A stretch of 32,000 nt of DNA from Halalkalibacterium halodurans (GCF_004376175.1 NZ_SNUY01000009.1:30001-62000); one strand, 5' to 3'; numbered from the stretch's first letter, positions 1 through 9,795 are shown. Notes: generated by a model not told the origin, from the letters alone. Made by a program: numbers and translations.

Positions 1-1143
1 CAATGACGAAGACAGGCTTCTCCTTTTCTTGCATCCACGTTAGAAAGTTCGCAAAAATTCTGGAAGATGTTCCACTATCCCCAGCGCCATTAACTCCACC
101 AAACCCTTTTTCTATTTCATCGATCCACAAGATGGAAGGGGCGATAGCTTCTGCTGTTTGAATGGCCGAGCGCATCCGTTCTTCACTGCTCCCGACTATC
201 CCACTATAAATCTTCCCAATATCGAGCCTTAACAATGGAAGCTTCCACATATCACTGATTGCCTTGCTAATTAAACTTTTCCCACAACCTGGAACTCCAG
301 TAATCATCACACCTTTAGGGGAAGGCAAGCAATATTTTTGCGCTGAATCTAACCATGATTTGTTTCGCTTTTCCAGCCAACGCTTTAAATTTTCAAGTCC
401 ACCTACATCTTCAATATTGAGGTCACTCGTAACAAATTCTAAAATACCTGTTTTTTTAATAATTTGTTCTTTCTCTTGTAGAATAATCGGTACGTCATTA
501 ATCGAGAGGTTGCCATCTTCAACCATTGCTCTAGCAAATGCATTTTCCGCCTCAGCTAACGTTAACCCTAAGCTTGCCTTAACTAATTTTTCTTTTTCTT
601 CTTCCGTAATTTGAAAGTCTAAGCTTGTTTTTTGATTGACTGCTATCATTTCATCTAAACTTTGCTTAATTTCTTCAAAAGTAGGCAATCCAAAATCAAA
701 TATCGTAATATCTTTTTCCAAATCATCCGGTAAAACAAGCTTTGGTGAGATGAATACGATGTTTTTCGGGTTTGGGCTTTGCTTGAGACTAGAAACAAGG
801 TCCCTAAGCTTTCGAATAATCTGTTGGTCTGGAACTCGTCCGTCTTCCCCGAAAAACACATGAAAATCAAAAAGGATAAAAATGGCAGGTCCCTGATAAT
901 TTTCAATATGTTCTAATGCTTTCATCGCTGACCGTGTATCACCTTTACTGGTTTGGTCCCCGCAAATGCCCGTTGTGATCTTCCAAGTGATAACCTTTCT
1001 TGGTGTTTTAATTAACTCTTGATTAGCTGCGACTGATTCGACCAAAGCACGTGCCCGATCCTCTTCCCAAGTAGAAATATAAAGGAATGGAAACCGCGCC
1101 CTAAATAGATTTGCCATTAATCTTTGTTTCTTTTGTCTAACAT
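1..1143 (-). CDS. AAA+ ATPase, Ycf46-like family. The C-terminus runs off the left edge, and there is an apparent 1-nt frameshift after about codon 12.
   Basis: It is missing from the ORF track because it has no stop inside the window. The minus frame is open from 1099 to 1 and reads PYISTWEEDRARALVES...GVMITGVPGCGKSLISKAI (Walker A near 289)...ILWIDEIEKGF (Walker B). The family-typical N-terminus MANLFRARFPF sits in another frame (ATG 1116 or 1143) and stops after about 35-44 codons. Adding one T at 1081-1083 (cttat to ctttat) would join the two as ...RARFPFLYISTWEE. Confidence 0.75.
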
Positions 1144-1271
1144 CCACCTACCGCATCCTCCTCATTTAAACATCTGTACGACCATAGACCTATGAACATG
1201 AAAAGTGACACACCGACATGATATGAATAGCCCTTTACCAAACGACTACACAGCCCCTTAATTGCCATCAT
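1116..1271 (-). CDS. Candidate 51-aa small protein with one hydrophobic segment, upstream of the AAA+ ATPase
   Basis: It translates as MMAIKGLCSRLVKGYSYHVGVSLFMFIGLWSYRCLNEEDAVGGWLDKRNKD. An AAGGAG RBS lies 7 nt upstream of ATG 1271. Its TAA stop overlaps ATG 1116 as TAATG. It is below the ORF-track length cutoff. Confidence 0.35.
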
Positions 1272-1453
1272 TTAACTACTCCTTATAGTCTATATACTAT
1301 ATTTCTACTATTGTAATGTCCACATTTTCTCATGTTTTTTTGTACCTTAACAAGATTCAATATCTCTAGCCACTTTTCTCCCTTTATCTGAACTGAGTCA
1401 CTTACAATCCAAATCGTAATTCATGACCGAAAACGCAGGAAAACGGAAATAAA

Positions 1454-1480
1454 GCCGGACAGCAATAAGAGCTATCCGGC
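1454..1480 (-). terminator. Putative intrinsic terminator of the GNAT gene
   Basis: GCCGGA/TCCGGC stem followed on the minus strand by TTTATTTCC. The 15-nt loop makes it only moderately convincing. Confidence 0.4.
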
Positions 1481-1491
1481 TATCTTCTACT

Positions 1492-2352
1492 TCACGCTTG
1501 CGATATTTTTGGAAATCGAGCGAGCGGAGGAAACCCTTTCGTCGTCGTCCGAACCATCCAGCTACTAGTCGAATCAATTTTCGCTGTTAGCTGCTTCACC
1601 GAATGATCAGGGGTGAAATGACAGACGACCGTTTTTGTTGCGCGCGGCGCAATTTGTTCTACCAGTTGTTCCACATTCACTTTTGCTGGTGAGAAAATGT
1701 CGTACAAGTGGAGCACGTCCCCTTCTAGTTGAAACATCACATGAACGTCTTTATTGACTTGGTAGATAAAGTCACGAAAGCCTGCCGTATAATAAAACAT
1801 AAGGATATGCTCGTCCCCTTGGGCAGATAAAACCGTCGATAAAGGGCAAGATCCCTTCTTTACTTCCACCATGGCTTCAGGTGAAACGTCCGCCCGTCTC
1901 AACGGTTTATCCAAAAGAGTATAGCCTGCCATATCGATTTCATAACAATTCTCTTCAATCAATTGAAAGCCACATGTTTCGTAGAGAGGAATCGCCTCTT
2001 GATTAGCTGCTAAAAAATACAAATCATAGGCTGAATCATAATCGTCCAATGCTTTTTGCAGCAATTGCTTGGCTAATCCTTGACGCCGATACTCCGGAGC
2101 GGTCATGACAGTGCCGATTTGAATCGCCTTCTGTTTTGCCCCGTTGATGATCAGCTCCATTTTATTCACAGAAACATTGGCGATTACTTCATGTTTATCC
2201 ACATAGCTATAGCAAATATAGTTGTCATTCCAAAAACCTTGCTCGTACCACGGTGCAAAGTCAATATTAAAAATCCTTTTTGCTAGCTGGATAAAGGACT
2301 TTCGATAAGGATCATGTGCTTTGTAATCTTTTATAAACTGATACGCTTCCAT
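1492..2352 (-). CDS. GNAT-family N-acetyltransferase with an extra C-terminal domain
   Basis: 286-aa ORF. The acetyl-CoA binding region reads IQIGTVMTAPEYRRQGLAKQLLQKAL (a Q/RxxGxG/A-like motif). A GGTGAGGTGAG RBS precedes the start. Confidence 0.8.
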   Translation of the reverse strand: MEAYQFIKDYKAHDPYRKSFIQLAKRIFNIDFAPWYEQGFWNDNYICYSYVDKHEVIANVSVNKMELIINGAKQKAIQIGTVMTAPEYRRQGLAKQLLQKALDDYDSAYDLYFLAANQEAIPLYETCGFQLIEENCYEIDMAGYTLLDKPLRRADVSPEAMVEVKKGSCPLSTVLSAQGDEHILMFYYTAGFRDFIYQVNKDVHVMFQLEGDVLHLYDIFSPAKVNVEQLVEQIAPRATKTVVCHFTPDHSVKQLTAKIDSTSSWMVRTTTKGFPPLARFPKISQA

Positions 2353-2384
2353 TTTCTCACCTCACCGGTGGATCGGTAGTCTTT

Positions 2385-4217
2385 TTAAGGGAGTCTCACA
2401 TCTTCCAAGCTTCCACCTTTTTCGAATAAGCGTCGAATGTTGGCTTCAACCGTTGGGTCTGGAATGAGTGGCGGCGCATGATGTGGTTTCGTTCGCACAT
2501 CAATGATCATGTTGTCACAGCCCCAATGCTTGTTTTCATAAAAACTATTCACCCCGTACATATCATGGGAAGGATTGCTACGAGTGAACGTTACCCAAAC
2601 GAAATTGTTGATGTTTTTGCTAATGAATTCACTATCGTCACAGACAACAATCATTGGACATGACGGCAGCTCCCCATTTTGCGTGATCGTTTCACTGAAT
2701 GCACGAAACTCCTCTTGTGCCCTTTCGTATGAAGTAAATGATGGGCCTTCGAGCGCTACAACCCCAGGCATAACGAGTCGAGGGTTTTGAAATGTCTGTA
2801 ATCCCTTAAACAGCTCAGGCACCTCTTGGCACAGCTCTCGCTTTTTATCTCCATAAGCGGCAATAACGACCTTGCTCCCTGTATTCAATCCCGTTCCCGA
2901 ATAATCGAGCGTATCAATCGTCGTATTCGTTTGAAAATGAATATCTCGGTGGAGGTCGATCCGCTCTAATAGATACGTTAAAAACTCTTCTTCTTTGTGT
3001 GTGTTTAACGGCTTATCCTGTTCAGCAGTAATGAATAAATATTTAGCAAGACTTAGCTGGCCTGTCCCTAATATGCGATTCGCAATCGTTAACAGTTCCG
3101 CTGGCTGTTTTACTTTTTGGTAAGGGGTATAACGCTCACTTCCGATCGCAAACAGGAGTGGATGGACACCGGCTGCGTCGACAGCATGCACTTCCTTCAC
3201 ACCAGGGATCTCTTGCTTCACCGCATCTCCTGTTAACTCGTGAATAAGCGCCCCAAATGACGTATCTTCCTGTGGCGGGCGACCAACGACCGTAAACGGC
3301 CAAATCGCTCCTTGCTTTGCATACACTTTATGAACCTTCATAACCGGGAAGTCATGGATTAAGCTGTAGTAACCTAAATGATCACCAAACGGCCCCTCTG
3401 GCTTCGTGTCGCCGGGATGAATTTCTCCTGTAATCACAAAGTCAGCGTCATGACTAATGCAATAGCCGTCCACATAGCTGTAGCGGAACCGCCGGCCTGA
3501 TAGGAGACCAGCAAATGTCATTTCGCTTAACCCTTCAGGAAGGGGCATAACAGCCGAAAGGGTATGGGCAGGTGGACCGCCTACAAAAATGCTAACCTTG
3601 AGTGGCTCTCCCTTTTGATTCGCTTTTGTCTGATGGACACCAATGCCGCGATGAATCTGATAGTGGAGCCCAACCTCTTGATCAAGCTCATACTCATTGC
3701 CAGTAAGCTGAACGCGATACATGCCTAAATTCGCATTCATGATCCCCGGTTTGTCAGGATCTTCGCTATACACTTGAGGGAGTGTAATAAACGCCCCACC
3801 GTCGTCTGGCCAATGCTGAATCAACGGTAAATCGGAAATGGTAATTTCCTCAAAGCCTGCGGGTAGCCGAGATTTTTTAAGCGGCAGCGCTTTGGAAGCA
3901 GCTAGGGCGGTTCGTGCATGAGCAAACGGATGTTTCAACGCACTCATCGGATCGTTCCGAAGCGCGACGACATTTTCAGCCGACTGCCACGTTTGGCGAA
4001 AAATAAACTTGCTACGCTCCATTGTGCCAAACAAATTGGAGACGGCTTGATAGTTGGAACCTTTTACATTCTCAAATAACAGCGCGGGTCCGCCCGCTTC
4101 GTACACTTTTAAATGAATCGCCGCCATCTCAAGGTACGGGTCGACCTCCTCACGAATGCGGATAAGGTGACCGTGCTTCTCTAAATCGTTAATGCATTCT
4201 TGTAAATTTTGATACAT
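2385..4217 (-). CDS. UbiD-family (prFMN-dependent) decarboxylase, long ~610 aa form
   Basis: The translation has UbiD-like blocks (GGPALLFENVKG, GMYRVQL, IFVGGPPA, EGPFGDHLGYY). The likely start is ATG 4217, 8 nt after AGGAGCG. The ORF track begins two codons earlier at a TTG. Confidence 0.88.
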   Translation of the reverse strand: MYQNLQECINDLEKHGHLIRIREEVDPYLEMAAIHLKVYEAGGPALLFENVKGSNYQAVSNLFGTMERSKFIFRQTWQSAENVVALRNDPMSALKHPFAHARTALAASKALPLKKSRLPAGFEEITISDLPLIQHWPDDGGAFITLPQVYSEDPDKPGIMNANLGMYRVQLTGNEYELDQEVGLHYQIHRGIGVHQTKANQKGEPLKVSIFVGGPPAHTLSAVMPLPEGLSEMTFAGLLSGRRFRYSYVDGYCISHDADFVITGEIHPGDTKPEGPFGDHLGYYSLIHDFPVMKVHKVYAKQGAIWPFTVVGRPPQEDTSFGALIHELTGDAVKQEIPGVKEVHAVDAAGVHPLLFAIGSERYTPYQKVKQPAELLTIANRILGTGQLSLAKYLFITAEQDKPLNTHKEEEFLTYLLERIDLHRDIHFQTNTTIDTLDYSGTGLNTGSKVVIAAYGDKKRELCQEVPELFKGLQTFQNPRLVMPGVVALEGPSFTSYERAQEEFRAFSETITQNGELPSCPMIVVCDDSEFISKNINNFVWVTFTRSNPSHDMYGVNSFYENKHWGCDNMIIDVRTKPHHAPPLIPDPTVEANIRRLFEKGGSLEDVRLP

Positions 4218-4449
4218 CGTCAATTCGCTCCTAGTTTTTTAGCATTTTGCCCGATAACGTTTTCTTACTTAAGTGTAACAGGTTCTCGCCCCTGTTCGCT
4301 AACGACAAAATGATGAATATGAAAAAGAGGACGTTCTTAATAAGTAAAGGGTATTCGTAAAAAATGGTTCCTGTTCTCACAATAGTGGATATCAATCCCT
4401 ACTTTAAACATTAAGGACGCAAAAGCCCTCCATCGGATGGAATTTCACT

Positions 4450-4965
4450 TTACGGACTTTCGACCACGGTTACAACCTTTCCGTTCTGATCGGTAAACTC
4501 GAGCGAATAAACAGCGGTCACATCGTTTTCAAGTCGATCTAGCACAATGAACTCATCCTCTAAAAAGAGACTTTCACCTAACTTCTGGTGTTGTTTATCG
4601 TAATAGGAGACAGCGGCCACAAGCTGGCGAAACTCCTTACTCACGAGAATCCCCACATATTGACCGTCGTTTCCTTCTAACGTGACAATCGTATAATCAC
4701 CATCAATACGTGCCTCTGCGCTCGCCTGCGTCTCTTCCCCAAATTCAGCGATACCCATTTGATCATCCGGTGTGACATAGAGCGCTAATAAGGATGGTTC
4801 AAGGGGCTGAGGGGTTGTTTGGCGTAGAACGTCCAACTGGTTCTCTTTCACATATTCAGAGAATCGAGCGGACATTTTCTCTGCTGGTGTTTTTTGCGTA
4901 GCTCCAATTATCACAATAACGGTTACTAAGAAAAGAGCGAATACAATCTTACCTTTATGCTTCAT
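4450..4965 (-). CDS. Hypothetical membrane-anchored or secreted protein
   Basis: Start MKHKGKIVFALFLVTVIVIIGA looks like an N-terminal TM or signal anchor. AAAGGAGA lies 6 nt upstream of ATG 4965. I recognise no family. Confidence 0.6.
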   Translation of the reverse strand: MKHKGKIVFALFLVTVIVIIGATQKTPAEKMSARFSEYVKENQLDVLRQTTPQPLEPSLLALYVTPDDQMGIAEFGEETQASAEARIDGDYTIVTLEGNDGQYVGILVSKEFRQLVAAVSYYDKQHQKLGESLFLEDEFIVLDRLENDVTAVYSLEFTDQNGKVVTVVESP

Positions 4966-5250
4966 GATTTTTCTCCTTTTTCCAATCAATAGCTTTACTA
5001 TAGAAGATCATGGGGGGATGCGCAATGACTAGCAAACTTGGTTTGTCCTCAAGTTTATGGCGAAGCCCTCAGACAGGGGCCAATATCCATCAAAGGCTTC
5101 TTCATTTTTGGCTAGTTCACCTAAGGTGGTTGCAAAATAGTATATACCTATTTCACACAAGCGATTTTTGCTTTTATTGGGCAATAGATGCAGGGATCCC
5201 TTCGAGAAGAGAGAATAGGAAAAGTAGCTTTTTAGGAAAGGAGAACATTA

Positions 5251-5340
5251 ATGAATGAGCCAACAGCGGAAAGAAAGCGAACCTTCGGACAGGCGATCCA
5301 GTTTGATTCGAGTAGTCTAGGTTCAGTTCATGAGATATAA
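5251..5340 (+). CDS. Candidate 29-aa small ORF (MNEPTAERKRTFGQAIQFDSSSLGSVHEI)
   Basis: AAAGGAGA RBS lies 6 nt upstream of the ATG. I verified the frame codon by codon. There is no recognisable family and no clear terminator. Confidence 0.25.
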   Translation: MNEPTAERKRTFGQAIQFDSSSLGSVHEI

Positions 5341-5482
5341 TTTTCATTTTTTTCAAATTTAAGTTGATTAAAACTTGAATAGTATATATAACAAAAATAG
5401 TACACATTAGGTAATATATTCCTTATATGTGGCGCTGCATTTGCGAGTACAAAGATTCTTTTTCGAAATAGGAGGAGCGTTT

Positions 5483-6112
5483 ATGAGCAAAACTAGAAAA
5501 CTTTTATTCAGTGGTTTATTATCAGCTACAGTCGCTGTCGCAGTCTTCGGTACTGTTTCAGCACATGTAGACAAACCCGAAGTAGAAAACGAACTTGTAA
5601 CAAAGACGGAAGCTCCATCTGAAGTGTCAATAAACAACTATGATACTTCCGATTATGTAGTTGAAATAACAGAAGAAGAGTTAAAAAGAGACTCATCTTC
5701 CTTACGAACACACGATTTTGAAACTGAAGAACCAGAAGTTGAAGATTTGAGTCAAATTGATGAAAGTGAGATTATCTACCTAGATGAACTCTCAGACGAA
5801 GTATCAACAGACGATATTAGTATAGCAGCTGTCATGAATATCAGCCAAAGAATTTCGGGTGGTTCAAGGGTTGTTTTCAATACACAGGTTAGAAAAATCG
5901 AGAATAGCTCAGTATCATGGAATCTAGTTTGGGATAGCAGAGGAGATGCTAGAATTGGTGTTGTAGGTGCGGACAAAAAATTCTATTATCTCAATGACAG
6001 CAACGGTTCGAGCGTACGTACCATGAGAATTACAAAAACTCAAAGCTATCGCTTTGCTATCAGAAATATGTCTTCATCAAGCGCTACGTTTAGTGGATGG
6101 AGAGATATGTAA
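5483..6112 (+). CDS. Hypothetical secreted protein: signal peptide, acidic linker, ~100 aa C-terminal domain
   Basis: AGGAGGAG RBS sits 5 nt before ATG 5483. The N-terminus MSKTRKLLFSGLLSATVAVAVFGTVSAHV is signal-peptide-like. An E/D-rich spacer follows. Confidence 0.65.
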   Translation: MSKTRKLLFSGLLSATVAVAVFGTVSAHVDKPEVENELVTKTEAPSEVSINNYDTSDYVVEITEEELKRDSSSLRTHDFETEEPEVEDLSQIDESEIIYLDELSDEVSTDDISIAAVMNISQRISGGSRVVFNTQVRKIENSSVSWNLVWDSRGDARIGVVGADKKFYYLNDSNGSSVRTMRITKTQSYRFAIRNMSSSSATFSGWRDM

Positions 6113-6179
6113 AAGGCCTGAAAATATAGCATCGTCTTAGGGGCGATGCGCAAAGCCGAAGCAACAGCAAATAAACGAT

Positions 6180-6213
6180 GAGACCAAGACCCTTTAAATA
6201 GGATCTTGGTCTC
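6180..6213. terminator. Hairpin between convergent genes (bidirectional terminator candidate)
   Basis: GAGACCAAGA / TCTTGGTCTC form a 10-bp perfect stem with a 14-nt loop. Confidence 0.55.
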
Positions 6214-6215
6214 GT

Positions 6216-6407
6216 TCATTTAACAAGAGCGTTCATTCGTATCAATCTCACAACGTTGTATAAACTAGTGCAAGTAATAATGAGTGCAATGACAATGTAA
6301 AGAGCGGCTCTTTCAATGAACTCATACGCGATGATGGAAGAACTGAGGATTCCTAAGGCAATCAATGCAAGAAAGCTGTAATACAACACTTTCAACTTAT
6401 GACCCAT
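6216..6407 (-). CDS. Hypothetical small membrane protein (63 aa, two hydrophobic helices)
   Basis: ORF-track entry. The GAGGAG lies about 15 nt from the ATG, which is poor spacing, so support is weak. Confidence 0.4.
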   Translation of the reverse strand: MGHKLKVLYYSFLALIALGILSSSIIAYEFIERAALYIVIALIITCTSLYNVVRLIRMNALVK

Positions 6408-6489
6408 TTTAATTCATCCACGCTCCTCTTTTTTAAAATGACATCTATAGTTTACCACCAATTGTCACGTTTCGGAACCTTCTTCCCCT

Positions 6490-7161
6490 TTATTTTACAC
6501 CCTTTATAAACGTATGCACCGCTTGAGCATATAATGCTGGCTGATCTTTATGGACTAGATGACCGGCCATCGGAATGATTGAAAGGTGGATGCTTGGGTT
6601 CAACGTTCGATACGTGATGGCTGCTGAAACCTCTAACTCCTGCATGTCTCCGACGATACGTAGTGCTGGAACGTTCAAATCGGATACATCACCAGTTTGA
6701 TGAAAGGGGTAAAGTGAAACTTCATTCACTGGGGCTTTCTTTCGTCAGTGAATGTTAGTTGAACGAATCGGGTTGTTACTGGCGCTTATCTCCCATTATC
6801 TTTTTTTGTTGCCTCCAAACCTTGAGATGGGATGCTAGAGAACGATAACGACTTCACCATTTCAGGAAACTCTTTAGCAAAAAGCAGCCCGACAATCCCT
6901 CCAAGTGATACCCCCGCCAAATGACATTGGGTGACGTTCAAGGCCTTTAACGTATCAGCCAAATCTTTCACGCAATGGCCGAAGTAATCTCCATCAATCG
7001 TCCCTACTGACTTCCCGTGACCACGCAAATCGGGGCGAATGACCAGAACGTTTTATAAAGAAATCACGTTGTTCTTCATATTCCGTCGCCCCTGTCATTC
7101 CCCCTGAATGGAGAAAAACGAACGGATCCCCTTCACCAGTAACATAGGTATGTAAAATCAC
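6490..7161 (-). pseudogene. Alpha/beta-fold hydrolase, decayed by multiple frameshifts and an internal loss
   Basis: There are three pieces. The N-terminus is VILHTYVTGEGDPFVFLHSGGMTGATEYEEQRDFFIK (GTG 7161 after GGAGGG). The middle piece NVLVIRPDLRGHGKS...HLAGVSLGG carries the nucleophile elbow GxSxG (6786-7052). The C-terminus ...MAGHLVHKDQP carries the catalytic His (6490-6729). The first break is at an A4 run (plus-strand T 7051-7054). The cap region between 6729 and 6786 is largely missing. Confidence 0.75.
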
Positions 7162-7284
7162 CCGTGACCCTCCTTTTTAAATCTTGTTCCCACTTCTAGA
7201 TCACAATCTCACGTTCATTTGTTTCGTTATAGCACCTGTAAAACCCTTTTACAGTTAGGCTTATGAAATTTTTCGGCTTTTTTA

Positions 7285-7314
7285 TTGACGATAAAATCCA
7301 ACGTATGATATTAT
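7285..7314 (+). promoter_or_regulatory. Sigma-A-type promoter of the CarD-family gene
   Basis: TTGACG, an 18-nt spacer, then TATTAT preceded by TGA (extended -10-like). Confidence 0.5.
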
Positions 7315-7367
7315 ATTTAATTTGATTAAAAAACCCACTTATGTTAACCTAAAGAAGGTTACCTTAT

Positions 7368-7844
7368 ATGGAGGTGGGTTATTTGTTTCAAATTGGCGAT
7401 CACGTCGTTTATCCAATGCATGGAGCAGGTATCATTAAAGCCATAGAAGAAAAAGAAATAGCAGGAGAAAGAAAGCAATATTTTGTGATAAAAATGTCGA
7501 TTAATAATATGGACGTTATGATTCCAGCGGATAAAATTTCGAGTACAAATATCCGTCCTGTAACGGACCTAACGGCATTAAAACAAATTATACACATCTT
7601 TCAGCACGGAGAGTCAGAGCAGTTACTTCCGTGGAAGGAAAGGTATAAAATGAACGCAGATAAAATGAAAACGGGCCATATTCAAGAAGGTGCTGAAGTT
7701 GTACGCGATTTAATGCGTATAAAAAAAGAAAAAGCACTTAATCCAAGTGAAAAGAAAATGTTGGATGACGCACGTGAATTTTTAAATAGTGAATTAGGGT
7801 TAATCGAAGGCATCACTGAAAATCATATTAAAAGCTTTAGTTAG
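7368..7844 (+). CDS. CarD/CdnL-family transcriptional regulator (B. subtilis YdeB-like)
   Basis: FQIGDHVVYPMHGAGIIKAIEEKEI matches the CarD_CdnL_TRCF N-terminal domain. The start may instead be TTG 7383, 6 nt after GGAGGTGG. Confidence 0.85.
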   Translation: MEVGYLFQIGDHVVYPMHGAGIIKAIEEKEIAGERKQYFVIKMSINNMDVMIPADKISSTNIRPVTDLTALKQIIHIFQHGESEQLLPWKERYKMNADKMKTGHIQEGAEVVRDLMRIKKEKALNPSEKKMLDDAREFLNSELGLIEGITENHIKSFS

Positions 7845-8162
7845 TTGGTCAACTGCTTTTTAGACACTCTCATCCATTTCCCGCTTACGTTCAATAAATG
7901 ATCCTCTTTTTTCTACACTTTCATCCTTATGATCGTACACATTTCTTCTACGAATTTTAACGTTACATCAACTTTCTCGATTCAAATAGTTACTTAATGT
8001 TTACAAATCTGATTCACACTGGCGCGGTCAAGGAGCCGTAAGGATGGAAGAGAGGTAGGGCTTTCATTGTTTCAGGTAATACTAAGTCATTATGTTCAAG
8101 AAAATAAGATAACTCACTCTCCATTCATAAAAGAAAAAATATTCACCATTGAAACGATGCCC

Positions 8163-8199
8163 AAAAAGGATTAGAGCGACAATTGCTCTAATCCTTTTT
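8163..8199. terminator. Bidirectional intrinsic terminator downstream of lctP
   Basis: AGGATTAGAGC-gacaatt-GCTCTAATCCT, flanked by an A-run and a T-run. Confidence 0.75.
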
Positions 8200-8220
8200 C
8201 CAATTTGTTTTAACGTATCT

Positions 8221-9795
8221 TTAAAAGAGTAGAGATAAAATATACGTCCATACCGAGACAAACACGAGTAATCCAAAGCTATATTTCAACGTCATTTTTG
8301 TTAAGGCTGCTTCATTGCCGGTTTCTCCAACCGCTGCCGTTGCAATAGCGATCGATTGCGGTGACACTAGCTTAGCCATGACGCCACCAGCTGTATTTGC
8401 AGCAACTAGTAATGAAGGATTGGTCCCGATAATCGAGCCTGCTGTCGTTTGAATCGGGGCAAATAATGTATTATTGTTCACGACTGAACCTGTCATAAAT
8501 ACGCCAATCCACCCTAAGATTGGTGAAAGGAAGGGGAAGAACGCCCCTGTGGTGGCAACTGCCTCCCCTAAAGCCATCGTTAGACCCCCATAGGTCATTA
8601 ATTTTGCGATTCCAATAATGGCACAGATCATCATGATCGGAATGGAGAAGTCGACGATCACTTTTTTAAGAAGGCTAATACTCTCCTTCATGCGAATCGT
8701 TTTCGTAGTGGTTACGGTTGTAACTGCTGCTAATAGAATCGCGGTTCCTGTTGCTCCGATAAAATCAACCCCTACCTCAATCGATGATCCAGGGACAACA
8801 AATGCCCACTTTGAAAACTCAAGTGCTCCCCCTTCAGCAAACAATCCTTTAAAGGCTGGTAAGCTCCAAAGAAAAACAAACATCGTTAACAAGTAAAACG
8901 GAGACCATGCCTTGATGACATCCTTTAATGAAGCATGTTCGGACTCACAACCGTTTCCGTTGAGTAAGAAGATGTTCCGCGGCTGCCATCTTTTAAGAAA
9001 CAACGCCAGTAAGCCCATGGTTAAGAGTGATGGTATAATATCGGCCAACTCTGGACCTATAAAGATTGTAATAAGGGCTTGTGACACAGTGTAAACGGAA
9101 GATGTGACGAGAATGGCTGGGAGGATTTCCTTGATCCCTTTCCAACCGTCCATTAACCCAATAAGTAAAAATGGAATGGTAAAATTAATCATCGGCAGCG
9201 TCAAAGCTGTCATCATCGACACGTCCATTGACGTGACTTGACCTTCTAATCCAAGCGTATCAATAATACCAACCGGGATTCCAATCGCTCCAAATGCACC
9301 GGAAGCACCGTTTGCAATCAAACAAAGCATGGCTGCCTGCAATGGCTTAAAGCCTAATGATACTAAGAGAACCGCACAGATCGCAATCGGTACCCCGAAG
9401 CCCGCAGCCCCCTCAAGGAACGCATTAAAACAAAATCCGATGAGTAATAACTGAATTCGCTGATCTCTTGATATACCTATAATGCTTCCTCGTAACACAG
9501 CAAATTTTCCAGATGCAACCGCAATTTTATATAACCAAACGGCCATCACAATAATGTAACCGATCGGCCACAGTCCTTGCACAACCCCTTGTACAATACT
9601 GCCTATGGACTCGCCGAAAGGTAAATGAAATACGAGCCCAGCAATAAAAAACGTCACGAGTAAAGTCAAAAGAGCTGCTTGAATTCCTTGCATTTTGAAA
9701 ACAGTCAAGCATAAAAGGAGTAACAGGATCGGAATCGCTGCAACGAATGCTGATACGGCTAAATGTTGAAATGGATCGTATGTTTCAACTAACAT
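8221..9795 (-). CDS. lctP: L-lactate permease (LctP family)
   Basis: 524-aa polytopic membrane protein with LctP-type blocks (FLEGAAGFGVP, GGVMAKLVSPQSIA). It sits 37 nt downstream of ldh, as in the B. subtilis ldh-lctP operon. Confidence 0.9.
   Translation of the reverse strand: MLVETYDPFQHLAVSAFVAAIPILLLLLCLTVFKMQGIQAALLTLLVTFFIAGLVFHLPFGESIGSIVQGVVQGLWPIGYIIVMAVWLYKIAVASGKFAVLRGSIIGISRDQRIQLLLIGFCFNAFLEGAAGFGVPIAICAVLLVSLGFKPLQAAMLCLIANGASGAFGAIGIPVGIIDTLGLEGQVTSMDVSMMTALTLPMINFTIPFLLIGLMDGWKGIKEILPAILVTSSVYTVSQALITIFIGPELADIIPSLLTMGLLALFLKRWQPRNIFLLNGNGCESEHASLKDVIKAWSPFYLLTMFVFLWSLPAFKGLFAEGGALEFSKWAFVVPGSSIEVGVDFIGATGTAILLAAVTTVTTTKTIRMKESISLLKKVIVDFSIPIMMICAIIGIAKLMTYGGLTMALGEAVATTGAFFPFLSPILGWIGVFMTGSVVNNNTLFAPIQTTAGSIIGTNPSLLVAANTAGGVMAKLVSPQSIAIATAAVGETGNEAALTKMTLKYSFGLLVFVSVWTYILSLLF

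Noticed and set aside
264-906. ORF-track entries 264-614(+), 636-863(+) and 655-906(-)
   Set aside because: They overlap the Ycf46-like AAA+ ATPase on the opposite strand or in another frame. Their translations are low-complexity (S/F/L/I-rich), whereas the ATPase frame carries Walker A and B motifs.
7845-8162. About 300 bp of unexplained convergent spacer after the CarD-family gene
   Set aside because: Minus-strand translation gives only short broken fragments (for example IEKVDVTLKFVEEMCTIIRMK / VEKRGSFIERKREMDESV) that I cannot assign to any family. There is no convincing promoter, hairpin series or repeat. It may be a very decayed small gene.
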